Of a stretch of DNA of 64,000 bases, positions 50,408-60,556 are shown piece after piece (position 1 is the first letter of the stretch; each line of letters opens with the position of its first letter). The DNA is from Candidatus Bathyarchaeota archaeon (lineage in GTDB: Archaea > Thermoproteota > Bathyarchaeia > Bathyarchaeales > Bathycorpusculaceae). The stretch spans positions 1 to 64,000 of the forward strand of contig CAVYRJ010000003.1 of assembly GCA_963770935.1 (NCBI GenBank), in the 5' to 3' direction. The notes beneath the pieces were generated by a model that worked only from the letters and a program-made list of their open reading frames with translations, was not told the DNA's origin and ran no database searches. The position numbers and the translations under genes were made by a program.

Positions 50408-50728
50408 TTGCCCATGTTTTTTGCAAGGAAAGAAGTGTTCGAGTGGTTAGCGCAAGGGAAAAAAATAATTGATGTTCGTAAAGGTAATCCTCGTGACGGA
50501 GATATAGCTGTTTTTCAGTCTGGTCCGCGTACTTTGAGGTTGAGGATTGTGAAGAAGGAATCTGGACGACTTGAGGAGGTTTTGCGTTTGGATAACTTTA
50601 GGGCGGTTATTCCTTCGGCTTTGGAGCTTGACAACGCTGTTGATTATTTGCAGAGGATTTACGGTATCAGGGATGGGATTTTTACTGCTTATTATGTTGA
50701 GCCTTTACTTGCTTCCGAAAAATGTTAA
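50408..50728 (+). CDS. ASCH/PUA-like domain protein
   Basis: FEWLAQGKKIIDVR...GDIAVF. Confidence 0.7.
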   Translation: MPMFFARKEVFEWLAQGKKIIDVRKGNPRDGDIAVFQSGPRTLRLRIVKKESGRLEEVLRLDNFRAVIPSALELDNAVDYLQRIYGIRDGIFTAYYVEPLLASEKC

Positions 50729-50849
50729 TTGAAGATTGAATTTTAGCACCAAAAGCACATTATATTACGTTTTTAGCAAAAAATATGTGGAAAACGTAAC
50801 GCTTAAATAATCTGCTTGCCAAGTGTTCCACACCTAAAGAGGAATAAAA

Positions 50850-51887
50850 ATGGTAACATTCAGCGGTTGTTACACTGCACTAATAACCCCCATGAACCGT
50901 AATCGCCAAGTCGATTACGAAGGATTACAGCAACTAGTAGATTTCCAAATAAAAAACGGAGTCAAAGGCATACTCGCCGTCGGCACAACTGGAGAGAGCC
51001 CAACTTTGGATTGGAACGAACATAGTAAGGTCATCGAAAAAGTACACGAATTCTCAAACAAAAGGAGCCTAACCATAGCGGGAACTGGAAGCAATTCAAC
51101 CCAAGAAGCCATAGACGGAACAGCACATGCCCAAGACATAGGCGTAAACTGCGTGCTACTTGTTGACCCATATTACAATGGACCAAGCTCCATGGAAATC
51201 CGCAGAGAATACATAGAACCCATCGCACACCAGTTCCCAGAAGTCCAAATAATCCCGTACATTATCCCAGGCAGGACAGGAACCCAGCTCTTTCCCCAAG
51301 ACCTTGCAGTGCTCCATCAGCAGTACCCGAACGTGCGCTGCGTCAAAGAAGCCACAGGCGACCTCAAGAACATGGAATTAACTAGGCAGCTTTGCGGAGA
51401 AGACTTTGACATTCTCTCAGGAGATGATGACAAAACTTACACAATGATGATTTCGCCCGACATTGCCGCAAGCGGCGTCATATCTGTCGCTTCCAACGTT
51501 GCTCCAAGCGCCGTTGTAGATATGGTGCACTACGTTTTGGATGGCAACGATGAGGCTGCAAGCGTAATTGCACAAGCACTCCAACCGCTCTTCAACATAG
51601 TCACTGTTAAAACACAAGAACAAACACCATACGGACCAGTAGCATGCAAAGCTCGAAACCCACTTGCCTATAAAACATTAATGAACGTGTTAGGTATGCC
51701 ATCGGGACCATGCAGGCAACCGTTGGGAAAAATGACTCGCAGCGGCTTAGAAGTGGTTTTGTTAAACGCCAGAAAAATCTACGAAAGCAATCCACAGATA
51801 TTAAAGCCGATAGCCGATTACTTTGGCGTTGACATCAAAGAACGACTCTACAACGAAAAGTATCTTGAGGGACTATTCTATGCTTAA
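50850..51887 (+). CDS. dapA: 4-hydroxy-tetrahydrodipicolinate synthase
   Basis: TALITPM, GTTGESPTL, AGTGSNST, PYYN, VKEATG, LSGDD. Confidence 0.93.
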   Translation: MVTFSGCYTALITPMNRNRQVDYEGLQQLVDFQIKNGVKGILAVGTTGESPTLDWNEHSKVIEKVHEFSNKRSLTIAGTGSNSTQEAIDGTAHAQDIGVNCVLLVDPYYNGPSSMEIRREYIEPIAHQFPEVQIIPYIIPGRTGTQLFPQDLAVLHQQYPNVRCVKEATGDLKNMELTRQLCGEDFDILSGDDDKTYTMMISPDIAASGVISVASNVAPSAVVDMVHYVLDGNDEAASVIAQALQPLFNIVTVKTQEQTPYGPVACKARNPLAYKTLMNVLGMPSGPCRQPLGKMTRSGLEVVLLNARKIYESNPQILKPIADYFGVDIKERLYNEKYLEGLFYA

Positions 51888-52674
51888 GCTCTGCATCGCA
51901 GGCGCAGCAGGCAGAATGGGCAACGCTATCATAAACGAAGCCGTCGCGAAAGGCCATCAAATCGTGGGCGCCATAGAAGCACCCAACACACCTGTCATCG
52001 GCAAAAGCCTAAGAGAACTAAACATCACCAACTCCGACACAGTAATCCTTAGTTCCGACAGACTAAGCGAATCCGCCAGAAATGCCGACATTTACATAAG
52101 TTTCGCAATGCCAGCCGCCGAAGTAACTAATATTCCAATAGTTGCAAACCTAGGAAAACGCATAGTACTCGGCACTACAGGCTTTAATCCAGAACAAAAC
52201 CGACAAATCATAGCTCAAATGTCGGAGAAAGTTCCAGCCGTGTTCTCGCCAAACTACAGTGTAGGCGTCAACATACTCTTCAAATTAACAGAGGCACTCA
52301 AAGCGTTCCCAACTGGCTACGATTTCAGCCTAAGCGAAATTCACCATACAGGCAAAAAGGATTCGCCCAGCGGAACAGCAAAGAAGCTTGAACAAATCGT
52401 TTCAGCTACACGCAGCTACACGAAAACGGTTTACGGTAGAGAGGGCATCAGTCCAAGGCAGCCTTCGGAGTTGGAGTCTGTAGCGATGCGTGCTGGAGGG
52501 GTTCCGGGCATCCATGATGTCATAGTTGCTGGACCCTACGAAATGCTAAGAATCGAGCACATTGCTTTCTCGCGGAATGTGTTTGCTCAGGGAGCTATCT
52601 ATGCGGCTGAGTGGCTAAGCAGGCAAACGGAGCCTAAAGTGTTCAGCATGGCTGACGTATTAGGTTTAAATTAA
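51880..52674 (+). CDS. dapB: 4-hydroxy-tetrahydrodipicolinate reductase
   Basis: GAAGRMG, GTTG, EIHHTGKKDSPSGTA, FAQGA; ATG 51880 overlaps dapA end. Confidence 0.93.
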   Translation: MLKLCIAGAAGRMGNAIINEAVAKGHQIVGAIEAPNTPVIGKSLRELNITNSDTVILSSDRLSESARNADIYISFAMPAAEVTNIPIVANLGKRIVLGTTGFNPEQNRQIIAQMSEKVPAVFSPNYSVGVNILFKLTEALKAFPTGYDFSLSEIHHTGKKDSPSGTAKKLEQIVSATRSYTKTVYGREGISPRQPSELESVAMRAGGVPGIHDVIVAGPYEMLRIEHIAFSRNVFAQGAIYAAEWLSRQTEPKVFSMADVLGLN

Positions 52675-52734
52675 AACCATTAAGTTTTTTATCAACGAAG
52701 AAATAAAGTGAAAAGGTCAAAGGAAGAAACAATC

Positions 52735-53793
52735 ATGTCAAATAAGCGTAAAGTCGCCATCTTAGGCGCAACCGGAGCCGTTGGACAACGGTACATTCAA
52801 CTCCTGCAAGGTCACCCATGGTTCGAAATTGAGGTGCTCGCCGCTTCAGAGCGATCAGCAGGTAAAAAATACAAAGACGCATGTAACTGGCTAATGGAGA
52901 CTGATCTACCCAAAGAAGTCGCTGAAATGCCAGTCGTCAACGCTGACGTTGCTTCGGTGGAGAAGGCGGGAGATGTAGACTTGGTTTTCTCTTCAATGCC
53001 GGGTGATTTGGCTGGTCCAGTCGAATCAGAATTTGCCTCCATGTACCCAGTGTTCAGCAAGGCGAGCGCTCACAGAATGGAAAAAGACGTGCCGCTTATC
53101 ATTCCAGAAATCAACCCTGACCACGCTGAACTAATAAAAGTTCAACAGCAATTTCGAGGCTGGAAAGGCTTCATCTCAACTGACCCCAACTGCAGCACCA
53201 TCCAAATGGCAATTACGCTAAAGCCACTTATGCAGTTCGGCTTAAGGCAAGTTGTAGTTACCACGATGCAAGCCCTCAGCGGCGCAGGCTACCCAGGCGT
53301 AGCTTCACTTGACATTATAGATAACGTCGTTCCATTCATCTCAGGCGAAGAAGACAAAATGGAGACCGAAGCCCTAAAGATTCTTGGATCCTTCGATGGT
53401 AGAATTGTACGAAATGCTGATTTCAAGCTCAGTGCAAGTTGCAACCGAGTCAACGTCAAAGACGGACACTTAGAATCCATATTCGTTAAGCTAGACCAGG
53501 ACCCATCAATTGAGCAAATCGAGGCAGCGTTCGAAGACTTCAAGGGCGCTCCGCAACTGCTCAAGTTGCCCTCTGCTCCTGAAAATCCAATTGTTGTTCG
53601 CCGCGAAAAGAATCGACCTCAACCACGATATGACCGAGACACTGGCAACGGACAAAGCGTCGTAGTTGGCAGAATCCGTAAAGATCCAATCATGACCTTC
53701 AAGTACATGTGCCTAGGTCACAATACGGTTCGGGGCGCGGCTGGTGGAGGAATTCTTAGCGCAGAGTTGTATGTGGCTAACGGTTTAGCTTAA
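52735..53793 (+). CDS. asd: Aspartate-semialdehyde dehydrogenase
   Basis: GATGAVGQR, PNCST, QALSGAG, GHNTVRGAAG. Confidence 0.95.
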   Translation: MSNKRKVAILGATGAVGQRYIQLLQGHPWFEIEVLAASERSAGKKYKDACNWLMETDLPKEVAEMPVVNADVASVEKAGDVDLVFSSMPGDLAGPVESEFASMYPVFSKASAHRMEKDVPLIIPEINPDHAELIKVQQQFRGWKGFISTDPNCSTIQMAITLKPLMQFGLRQVVVTTMQALSGAGYPGVASLDIIDNVVPFISGEEDKMETEALKILGSFDGRIVRNADFKLSASCNRVNVKDGHLESIFVKLDQDPSIEQIEAAFEDFKGAPQLLKLPSAPENPIVVRREKNRPQPRYDRDTGNGQSVVVGRIRKDPIMTFKYMCLGHNTVRGAAGGGILSAELYVANGLA

Positions 53794-53829
53794 ATGTAAT
53801 TCCAGATGTAACTGTAGAGTCTGGTGTAG

Positions 53830-55117
53830 TTGATGGTTAAGAGAAAGCTTCGTGATCCCTTGGAAGACAGAAAAGGCAGCCTTTTCTTTGATGGTTTTTC
53901 AGTTAAGGAATTGGCTGAAAAATATGATACGCCGCTTTACGTTTTGAGCGAGAAACGCATCCGAGACAACTACAACCGGTTGTACAACGCCTTAATCTGC
54001 AACTACAAGCACCTGCGCGTCTACTACGCCGCCAAAGCCAACAGCAACCTAGCGGTGCTAAAGATTCTGCAGTCAGAAGGCGCCTACTTAGATACCGTTA
54101 GCCCCGGTGAAGTGTTCATGGGTTTAAGCAGCGGATTCACACCTGACCGCATGTTATTCACGGGAACCAGTGTTCGAGATGATGAATTAAGGTTCCTTGC
54201 CGGCGCAAACATCACTGTAAACGTCGATTCCCAATCAGAGCTGGATAGGCTGCTAAAGATTGCGGTGCCACAGATTTTGTCTGTGCGTGTTAATCCTGAA
54301 ATCGGCGCTGGGCATCATAGCCACTGCATTACTGCGGGTCCCGATTCAAAGTTTGGGCTCTGGGAAGAAGAAACCATTCAGGCTTATGCAATTGCTAAGC
54401 GAGCGCGTGTTGAGCGTTTCGGTATTCACATGCACATTGGCTCAGGCATCTTGGATATTGAACCCTATGCGTTGGCAGTGGAAAAGCTGCTGAAGTATGG
54501 CAAAGCGGGTACACGATGAAGTAGGCATAGAGTTTGAGTTCATAGATATCGGCGGGGGAATAGGAGTTCCCTATAAGCCAGAAGACAAAGACTTAGACTT
54601 AACAGAGTTCTCAAACAAAATTGTGGCTCCGTTCAAGAGCAAAGTCAAGGAATATGGACTTGGCAAGCCGTTTTTGTGTGTTGAGCCGGGAAGATTCCTT
54701 GTTTGCGACGCCAGCATCCTCTTAACTACCGTTAACACCGTCAAGGTGACACCTTCCAAGAAATTCGTGGGCGTAGACGCAGGCTTCAACACACTGGTGC
54801 GCCCAACAATGTACGGTTCTTACCACCCAATCTTGGTCGCCAATAAGCTTGCAAGAGCCGACAAGGAAACCTACGATGTTGTAGGTCCAATCTGCGAGTC
54901 AGGCGACGCCTTAGCCAAAGATCGACGTTTACCTCTAGTGGAGGAAGGCGATTTGCTGGCAGTCCTCAACGCTGGAGCTTACGGTTTTAGCATGAGTTCA
55001 CAGTACAACTCGCGACCACGCGCAGCGGAAGTCATGATTCGGCAGGGCAAAGCAGTTGTAGTTAGGCAACGCGAGCAACTGAGTGATTTAATGGCTAGTC
55101 AGCGGATGGTAGAGTGA
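53830..55117 (+). CDS. lysA: Diaminopimelate decarboxylase; +1 indel near 54493 (probable error)
   Basis: YAAKAN, HMHIGS in the first ORF; DIGGG, EPGR, GPICESGD, AGAYG in the overlapping second ORF. Confidence 0.92.
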
Positions 55118-55123
55118 GCAATT

Positions 55124-55957
55124 ATGCGTTTTTGGAAGATGCATGGTTTAGGCAACGACTATATCGTGATCGATAATAGAGATCAAAAAATCAGCGATGA
55201 GAAGGCTGCAAAGTTGGCAAAGAAACTCTGCGAGCGGCGCTTCTCAGTTGGCGCTGACGGACTCCTTCTTGTTAGCAATTCAACATTTGCAGACATTAAG
55301 ATGCGGATTTTCAACGCTGATGGCAGTGAAGCTGAAATGTGCGGCAACGGCATACGATGCTTCAGCAAATACTGTTACGAAAACCGTATCGTGCCCAAGC
55401 AAGAATTCACTGTAGAAACGCTATCCGGAATAAAGCAGGTCTGGCTTACTCTAAAGAACAAAGAAGTCGCCTCAGTCAAGGTAGATATGGGTGAGCCGAA
55501 CTGGGAAAGAAGCAGCTTACCGATGAAGGGAAAGGGCACATGTATAGACGCTGACCTGGATGTGGAAGGCGAAAAGTTGAAGGTAACATGTCTTTCAATG
55601 GGTAACCCTCACTGCGTAATCTTCGTTGACTGCATCGACTGTTTCCCAGTTGAAGAGCTCGGTTCAAAAATTGAAAATCACAAGGCTTTCCCAAAACGGA
55701 CCAACGTGGGCTTTGTCGAGGTCCTAAACGAGAAAGAGCTAAATGTTCGAGTTTGGGAACGCGGTTGCGGAGAAACCTTGGCATGTGGAACTGGAACGTG
55801 CGCTGCTGTGGCAGCTGCAAACAAGTTGGGAAAAGTCGGCAACAAAGTCACCGTTCACGTGCTCGGAGGCAACTTGCAAGTGGAATTAGGTAAAACTGTA
55901 TTCCTGATTGGGGCAGCCGAAAAAGTTTACGAAGGAACACTATTCAAGGAGCCATAA
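55124..55957 (+). CDS. dapF: Diaminopimelate epimerase
   Basis: KMHGLGND, EMCGNGIRC, GNPH, ERGCGETLACGTG. Confidence 0.96.
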   Translation: MRFWKMHGLGNDYIVIDNRDQKISDEKAAKLAKKLCERRFSVGADGLLLVSNSTFADIKMRIFNADGSEAEMCGNGIRCFSKYCYENRIVPKQEFTVETLSGIKQVWLTLKNKEVASVKVDMGEPNWERSSLPMKGKGTCIDADLDVEGEKLKVTCLSMGNPHCVIFVDCIDCFPVEELGSKIENHKAFPKRTNVGFVEVLNEKELNVRVWERGCGETLACGTGTCAAVAAANKLGKVGNKVTVHVLGGNLQVELGKTVFLIGAAEKVYEGTLFKEP

Positions 55958-55960
55958 AAC

Positions 55961-57124
55961 ATGACGTTTGAGTATGCAGACCGTATAAAGCGTTTGCCAC
56001 CTTACCTGTTTGCGGAAATAGAAAAAATCATTAAAGAAAAGAAGGCGCAAGGCGTAGACCTGATTTCGCTAAGTATTGGTGATCCTGACCTTCCGCCACC
56101 ACCGTTTGTGGTTGAAGCGCTAAAACAAGAAGTCGCAGACCTCAAGAACCATAACTATTCTTTTAGCCAGGGTGAACCAGATTTCCGACAGGCAGTGTCG
56201 GAGTGGTATAAGAAACGCTTCAACGTTGACTTAGCCCCCGACCAAGTTGTGGCGCTTTTAGGCTCCAAAGAAGGCATAGCAAACATTGCAAGGGCTTTCA
56301 TAAACCCTGGCGACCAAGTTTTGGTGCCTGACCCAGCTTACCCCGTATACGCTAACGGCAGCACAATCCTATGTGACGGCGCAGCCGTGCCTATGCCGCT
56401 TTTGGAAGAGAACAATTACCAGCCAGACTTTGATGCAATTGACGCCAAAAAAGCCAAGATGATGTTCATTAACTACCCCAACAACCCCACCGCCGCAACC
56501 GTTGACAAAAAAATCCTCAAAGAGGCAGTTGAATTTGCAAAGGACAACAAAATAATCCTCTGCTACGACAACGCTTACTCGGAAATCACCTACGACGGCT
56601 ACCAAGCCCCAAGCATTCTTGAAATTGATGGGGCAATGGATGTTGCCATTGAGTTTCATTCGCTCTCAAAGACTTTCAACGTGACCGGCGACCGCATCGG
56701 CTTTGCCGTCGGAAACAAACAACTCGTAAACGGCTTAACTAAAGTCAAATCACAAATCGACTCGGGGCCGCCAGTGTACACGCAGAAAGTCGCCGTCAAA
56801 GCATTAGCAACCTACACAAGCCGAGAACCACCAGAGTTCCTAAAGAAAAACAACCAAATCCTTCAGGAACGCCGCGACCTCCTCGTAGAAACCCTTTGCA
56901 AAATCGGCTACCAATGCGACAAGCCCAAAGCAACATTCTACGTTTGGGTTAACTGCAAGGGCGATTCGATGAAGTTTGCCGCTAAACTGCTTGATGCTGG
57001 CGTGGCCGTTACGCCGGGAGTTGGATTCGGCAAATACGGCGAAGGATACGTTCGCATAACTTTCACGCAGCCCAAAGAACGCATAAAGGAAGCCTGCAAC
57101 AGAATCGCCAGTGCCTTTAAGTAG
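55961..57124 (+). CDS. dapL: LL-diaminopimelate aminotransferase
   Basis: LPPYLFA, IGDPD, GSKEG, NYPNNPT, DNAYSE, HSLSKTF; position in dap operon. Confidence 0.85.
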   Translation: MTFEYADRIKRLPPYLFAEIEKIIKEKKAQGVDLISLSIGDPDLPPPPFVVEALKQEVADLKNHNYSFSQGEPDFRQAVSEWYKKRFNVDLAPDQVVALLGSKEGIANIARAFINPGDQVLVPDPAYPVYANGSTILCDGAAVPMPLLEENNYQPDFDAIDAKKAKMMFINYPNNPTAATVDKKILKEAVEFAKDNKIILCYDNAYSEITYDGYQAPSILEIDGAMDVAIEFHSLSKTFNVTGDRIGFAVGNKQLVNGLTKVKSQIDSGPPVYTQKVAVKALATYTSREPPEFLKKNNQILQERRDLLVETLCKIGYQCDKPKATFYVWVNCKGDSMKFAAKLLDAGVAVTPGVGFGKYGEGYVRITFTQPKERIKEACNRIASAFK

Positions 57125-57189
57125 TAACTCTTTTCTGTTTAATACTCTAACTAAGAAGAAGAAACAAAAAGATAAGAAATGTTAGCTGC

Positions 57190-58128
57190 TTATTTGGCAG
57201 CTGCTTTTGCGAGTTTCTTTAGGATTTGGTCTTTTGCGATTGTGTATGCGATTGCATAGTCGAATAGTCCTGATGGCTCGGCGGTTGCGCGTTTAATCAT
57301 TTCTGTTTCGGTTTTGATTTTGAGTTTGCCAATCGCTAATGCGCCTATGCCGTAAACGCCTGGTTTGAGTTCTTTGCCGTCGTCGTTTGGAGCTAAACCT
57401 TCAACACCGAGGGGTTTGATTGCGTTGATGTCTGCTACGATTTTGCATGTGGGGCTAGCGTTTAGGTCTGCTGCTGAGAGAAGTTGGATTCCGCCTGCGC
57501 CTGCTGAGAGCACAATTTCAGCGCCTTTGATTGCTTCAGCTGTCTGCTCGGGTTTTGTAACTTCAATAACCGTGACTCTTTGTGCGCCACATTCCTGATT
57601 TATTTTGTATGCGACCACTTGCCCTTTTGCGAGTGAGCGGCTGGTGATTGTTACGCTGGCTTTTTCTGCTGCATAGATTCTTGCCGCTGTCTGCCCGACT
57701 GGTCCTGTGCCGGCTAAAACTGCGACTTTTTTGCCTTCAAGTGATCCGAAGCCTTTCTCCATGGCGGCTCCGAATGTTTTTGCTACTGCGGCTGCGGCTG
57801 TTGAGTATCCGCCTCTTGGGTCAACGATGATGCTGTTTCCCCAGGGGGCTGATTTCATGGCTTTCTGTGTTGCCTCAACTACTTTTTCAACCATTTCAAA
57901 GTTGCTTCCGTTGATGAAGACCTTTGTGTGTTTTGCACCTTCGGGTCCACGCGGAAACAATAGGTCAAAAACGATTTTTGGGGCATCTTCGCTTGTGACA
58001 TTTTCGTATTTGAATATCATTGAATCTGGGAATGCATCTATAGCTACGAGCATGTCGAATGGACTGCAATATTTGTCTGTGTCTAGGAAAACAAAAACTG
58101 TTTTATAATTTGGTGGTTGTTGTGTCAA
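57190..58128 (-). CDS. NAD(P)-dependent methylene-H4MPT/H4F dehydrogenase (MtdA/MtdB family)
   Basis: SPFD..AIDA, FPRGP, DPRGGYSTAAA, AGTGPVG, DINA..P.GVEG, GALAIG..K. Confidence 0.8.
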   Translation of the reverse strand: MTQQPPNYKTVFVFLDTDKYCSPFDMLVAIDAFPDSMIFKYENVTSEDAPKIVFDLLFPRGPEGAKHTKVFINGSNFEMVEKVVEATQKAMKSAPWGNSIIVDPRGGYSTAAAAVAKTFGAAMEKGFGSLEGKKVAVLAGTGPVGQTAARIYAAEKASVTITSRSLAKGQVVAYKINQECGAQRVTVIEVTKPEQTAEAIKGAEIVLSAGAGGIQLLSAADLNASPTCKIVADINAIKPLGVEGLAPNDDGKELKPGVYGIGALAIGKLKIKTETEMIKRATAEPSGLFDYAIAYTIAKDQILKKLAKAAAK

Positions 58129-58297
58129 TTTTTTTACACCTTACCTTGTTTGTGAATACAGTTTAACGATTTAAGAATTATCCAAACATTAAAGGAGGAC
58201 CTGAGTTACACGCTTGAAACTCTAAAATTTCCTACCACAACTGTTTAATAACAAATCTCTCAGAACTCTAACCATAGAAACCAAGAAGGCATCCTGA

Positions 58298-59341
58298 TTG
58301 TCCCTAAACACAAATCTCGAAAAACTCTCCAATGCCTGTGGAGTAACAGGCAGAGAAGACCAAGTTAGAAACTTGATGATTCAGTTCATCACCCCTTATG
58401 CGGATGAGATCCAAGTAGATAAGCTGGAAAACGTAATAGCCATCAAAAAAGGCAAAGCAGGCTCGCCGAAAATCATGCTGGCAGCCCACATGGATGAAGT
58501 CGGCTTAATGGTGAAAACAATCACAAAAGACGGCTTCATACAATTCACAAAAATGGGCGGCATCGACGACCGCATTCTACCAGCCCAAAAAGTCACCATC
58601 CACACAAAAAAAGGCACATATCCAGGCATAATCGGATCCAAACCGCCCCACATCCAAAAAGAAGAAGAACGAAAAAAAATCATAACCTACGACGAACTCT
58701 TCATTGACATCGGCGCAGAAAACAAAGAAGACGCAGTCAACTTTGGCGTAGCAATCGGCGACCCAATAGCCTTCGACGTAAAATACGTCAAACTAGGCAA
58801 GGATGCAGTAATGGGAAAAGCGTTTGACAACCGTGCAGGATGTATAACAATGGTTGAAACCCTAAAACTACTAGAGCAAACTGATTGCACTGTTTGTGCA
58901 GTTGGCACTGTTCAAGAAGAAGTCGGTTTGCGCGGTGCAGCAGCAGCGGCGTTTGGAGTTGACCCAGACTTAGCCCTATCTATAGACGTAACAATAGCAG
59001 GTGATGTTCCTGGCGTAAGAGAATTCGATACAACTGTAAAAATGGGCAAAGGTCCAGCCTTAACTATTTCTGATTCTGGCTTAATTACTCATCCTAAGGT
59101 TTTGCGGTGGCTTTTGGATACGGCGGAAGAAGAAAAAATCCCATTCCAACTAGAATCGGGCTTGCTTGGCAGCACAGACGCAGCAAGAATTTCCATAACC
59201 CGTCAAGGTATCCCCTGCGGAACTGTCTCCATTCCAACACGGTACATTCACAGTCCAGTTGGCATGCTCAGTCTAAAAGACATCGAAAACTCAGCAAAAC
59301 TAACCGCAGCAGCAATCCAAAGAATCACAAAACACTTCTAA
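58298..59341 (+). CDS. M42-family aminopeptidase
   Basis: AAHMDEVG, KAFDNR, VQEEVGLRGA, STDA, RYIHS. Confidence 0.93.
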   Translation: MSLNTNLEKLSNACGVTGREDQVRNLMIQFITPYADEIQVDKLENVIAIKKGKAGSPKIMLAAHMDEVGLMVKTITKDGFIQFTKMGGIDDRILPAQKVTIHTKKGTYPGIIGSKPPHIQKEEERKKIITYDELFIDIGAENKEDAVNFGVAIGDPIAFDVKYVKLGKDAVMGKAFDNRAGCITMVETLKLLEQTDCTVCAVGTVQEEVGLRGAAAAAFGVDPDLALSIDVTIAGDVPGVREFDTTVKMGKGPALTISDSGLITHPKVLRWLLDTAEEEKIPFQLESGLLGSTDAARISITRQGIPCGTVSIPTRYIHSPVGMLSLKDIENSAKLTAAAIQRITKHF

Positions 59342-59401
59342 CCTTGAGCGGAGAAACTGTTTTTAATTCTGCTATCCCATCTATCTATCGTTGGTCAAAG
59401 C

Positions 59402-59851
59402 ATGAGTAAACCTGACAAATTCGCCGGAAAATTCGAGTTTCTAGAGCACACAGCAGACGTCTATGTTCAGGCACATGGAAAAACAATGGAGGAGGCCTAC
59501 GAAAACGCGGCGCTTTCCCTGTTTGAAACCATGACCGACACAACCAAAATCGCCCAGTCCCAAGAAGACACAGTTGAAGTGGAAGCTGAAGACCAATACG
59601 CGCTCCTCTACAACTGGCTTGAGGCGCTTCTGGTCAAGTTTGAAACCGAAAACATGCTGTACTCAAAATTCCAAATAGCTGATTGGAAAGAGACAACTGA
59701 GAGCTTTAAGTTTAAAGCAAAAGTTTGGGGAGAGAAATTTAACCCCGAAAAGCACCCGCAGAAGGTCGCTGTTAAAGCAGTAACATACCACCGCATGGTG
59801 GTTATCCGCGAGGTAGACCGGGTGATTTTGGAGTTTATCCTCGACATTTAA
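59402..59851 (+). CDS. Archease
   Basis: FLEHTAD, VKAVTYH, ends LDI. Confidence 0.95.
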   Translation: MSKPDKFAGKFEFLEHTADVYVQAHGKTMEEAYENAALSLFETMTDTTKIAQSQEDTVEVEAEDQYALLYNWLEALLVKFETENMLYSKFQIADWKETTESFKFKAKVWGEKFNPEKHPQKVAVKAVTYHRMVVIREVDRVILEFILDI

Positions 59852-60504
59852 ACGAGACTTAGCTTCTTTAGTTCCGTGAACAGTTTTTCAACCATGGGTT
59901 CAGGCGGTTGGTCTAAAGTTTTTGTTTCAAGCACTATAAAGGGAACTTTCATCTCCTTGTAGAACGTTATGAGTGGGCTGGTTTGTTCTTGGTAGACTTT
60001 GAGTCGATTCTTGATGGTTTCCGGGTTGTCGTCGGCGCGCTGGTAGAGTGGTCCGCCGCATTTGTCGCAGATGTCCTCCACTTTGGGTTTTAGGAATTTT
60101 ACATTGTAGACTGTGCCGCAGTTCTTGCAGATTCTTCGGGTGGATAGGCGCTCGATGATTATCCAGTCGGGAACGTTTAGCTGCATGATGACATCAATTT
60201 TTGTTATGGTATCGAGTTTTTTTGCTTGGTCAAGTGTGCGTGGGTAACCGTCAAGTATGTAGCCTTTTCCTTTAGAAATTTTTGCTAAATGAGCCTTTAA
60301 AACTTCAACGACAACGTCGTCGGGGACTAGGGCTCCTTTTTCCATGAAACTTTTGACTTTACTGCTTAGTTCCGATTTCTCCTTAACTAGTTCACGGAAA
60401 ATGTCTCCCATTGAAATAACGTCAACGCCTAGTTTGGTTTGAAGACGTGAAGCGTATGTGCCTTTTCCCGCGCCCGGCGCTCCAAAGATAATGGCTTTTA
60501 ACAT
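59848..60504 (-). CDS. adk: Adenylate kinase (bacterial-type, Zn lid)
   Basis: GAPGAGKGT, LDGYPR, CKNC...CDKC, QRADD. Confidence 0.95.
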   Translation of the reverse strand: MLKAIIFGAPGAGKGTYASRLQTKLGVDVISMGDIFRELVKEKSELSSKVKSFMEKGALVPDDVVVEVLKAHLAKISKGKGYILDGYPRTLDQAKKLDTITKIDVIMQLNVPDWIIIERLSTRRICKNCGTVYNVKFLKPKVEDICDKCGGPLYQRADDNPETIKNRLKVYQEQTSPLITFYKEMKVPFIVLETKTLDQPPEPMVEKLFTELKKLSLV

Positions 60505-60556
60505 GAGGTTTTCTCCTGTTTTCTCTTCTCTTACAATCGTAATGGATAATTAAATT

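Noticed and set aside
54480-54520. Programmed frameshift in lysA
   Set aside because: No slippery heptamer or stimulatory stem; it matches the pattern of sporadic +1 errors.
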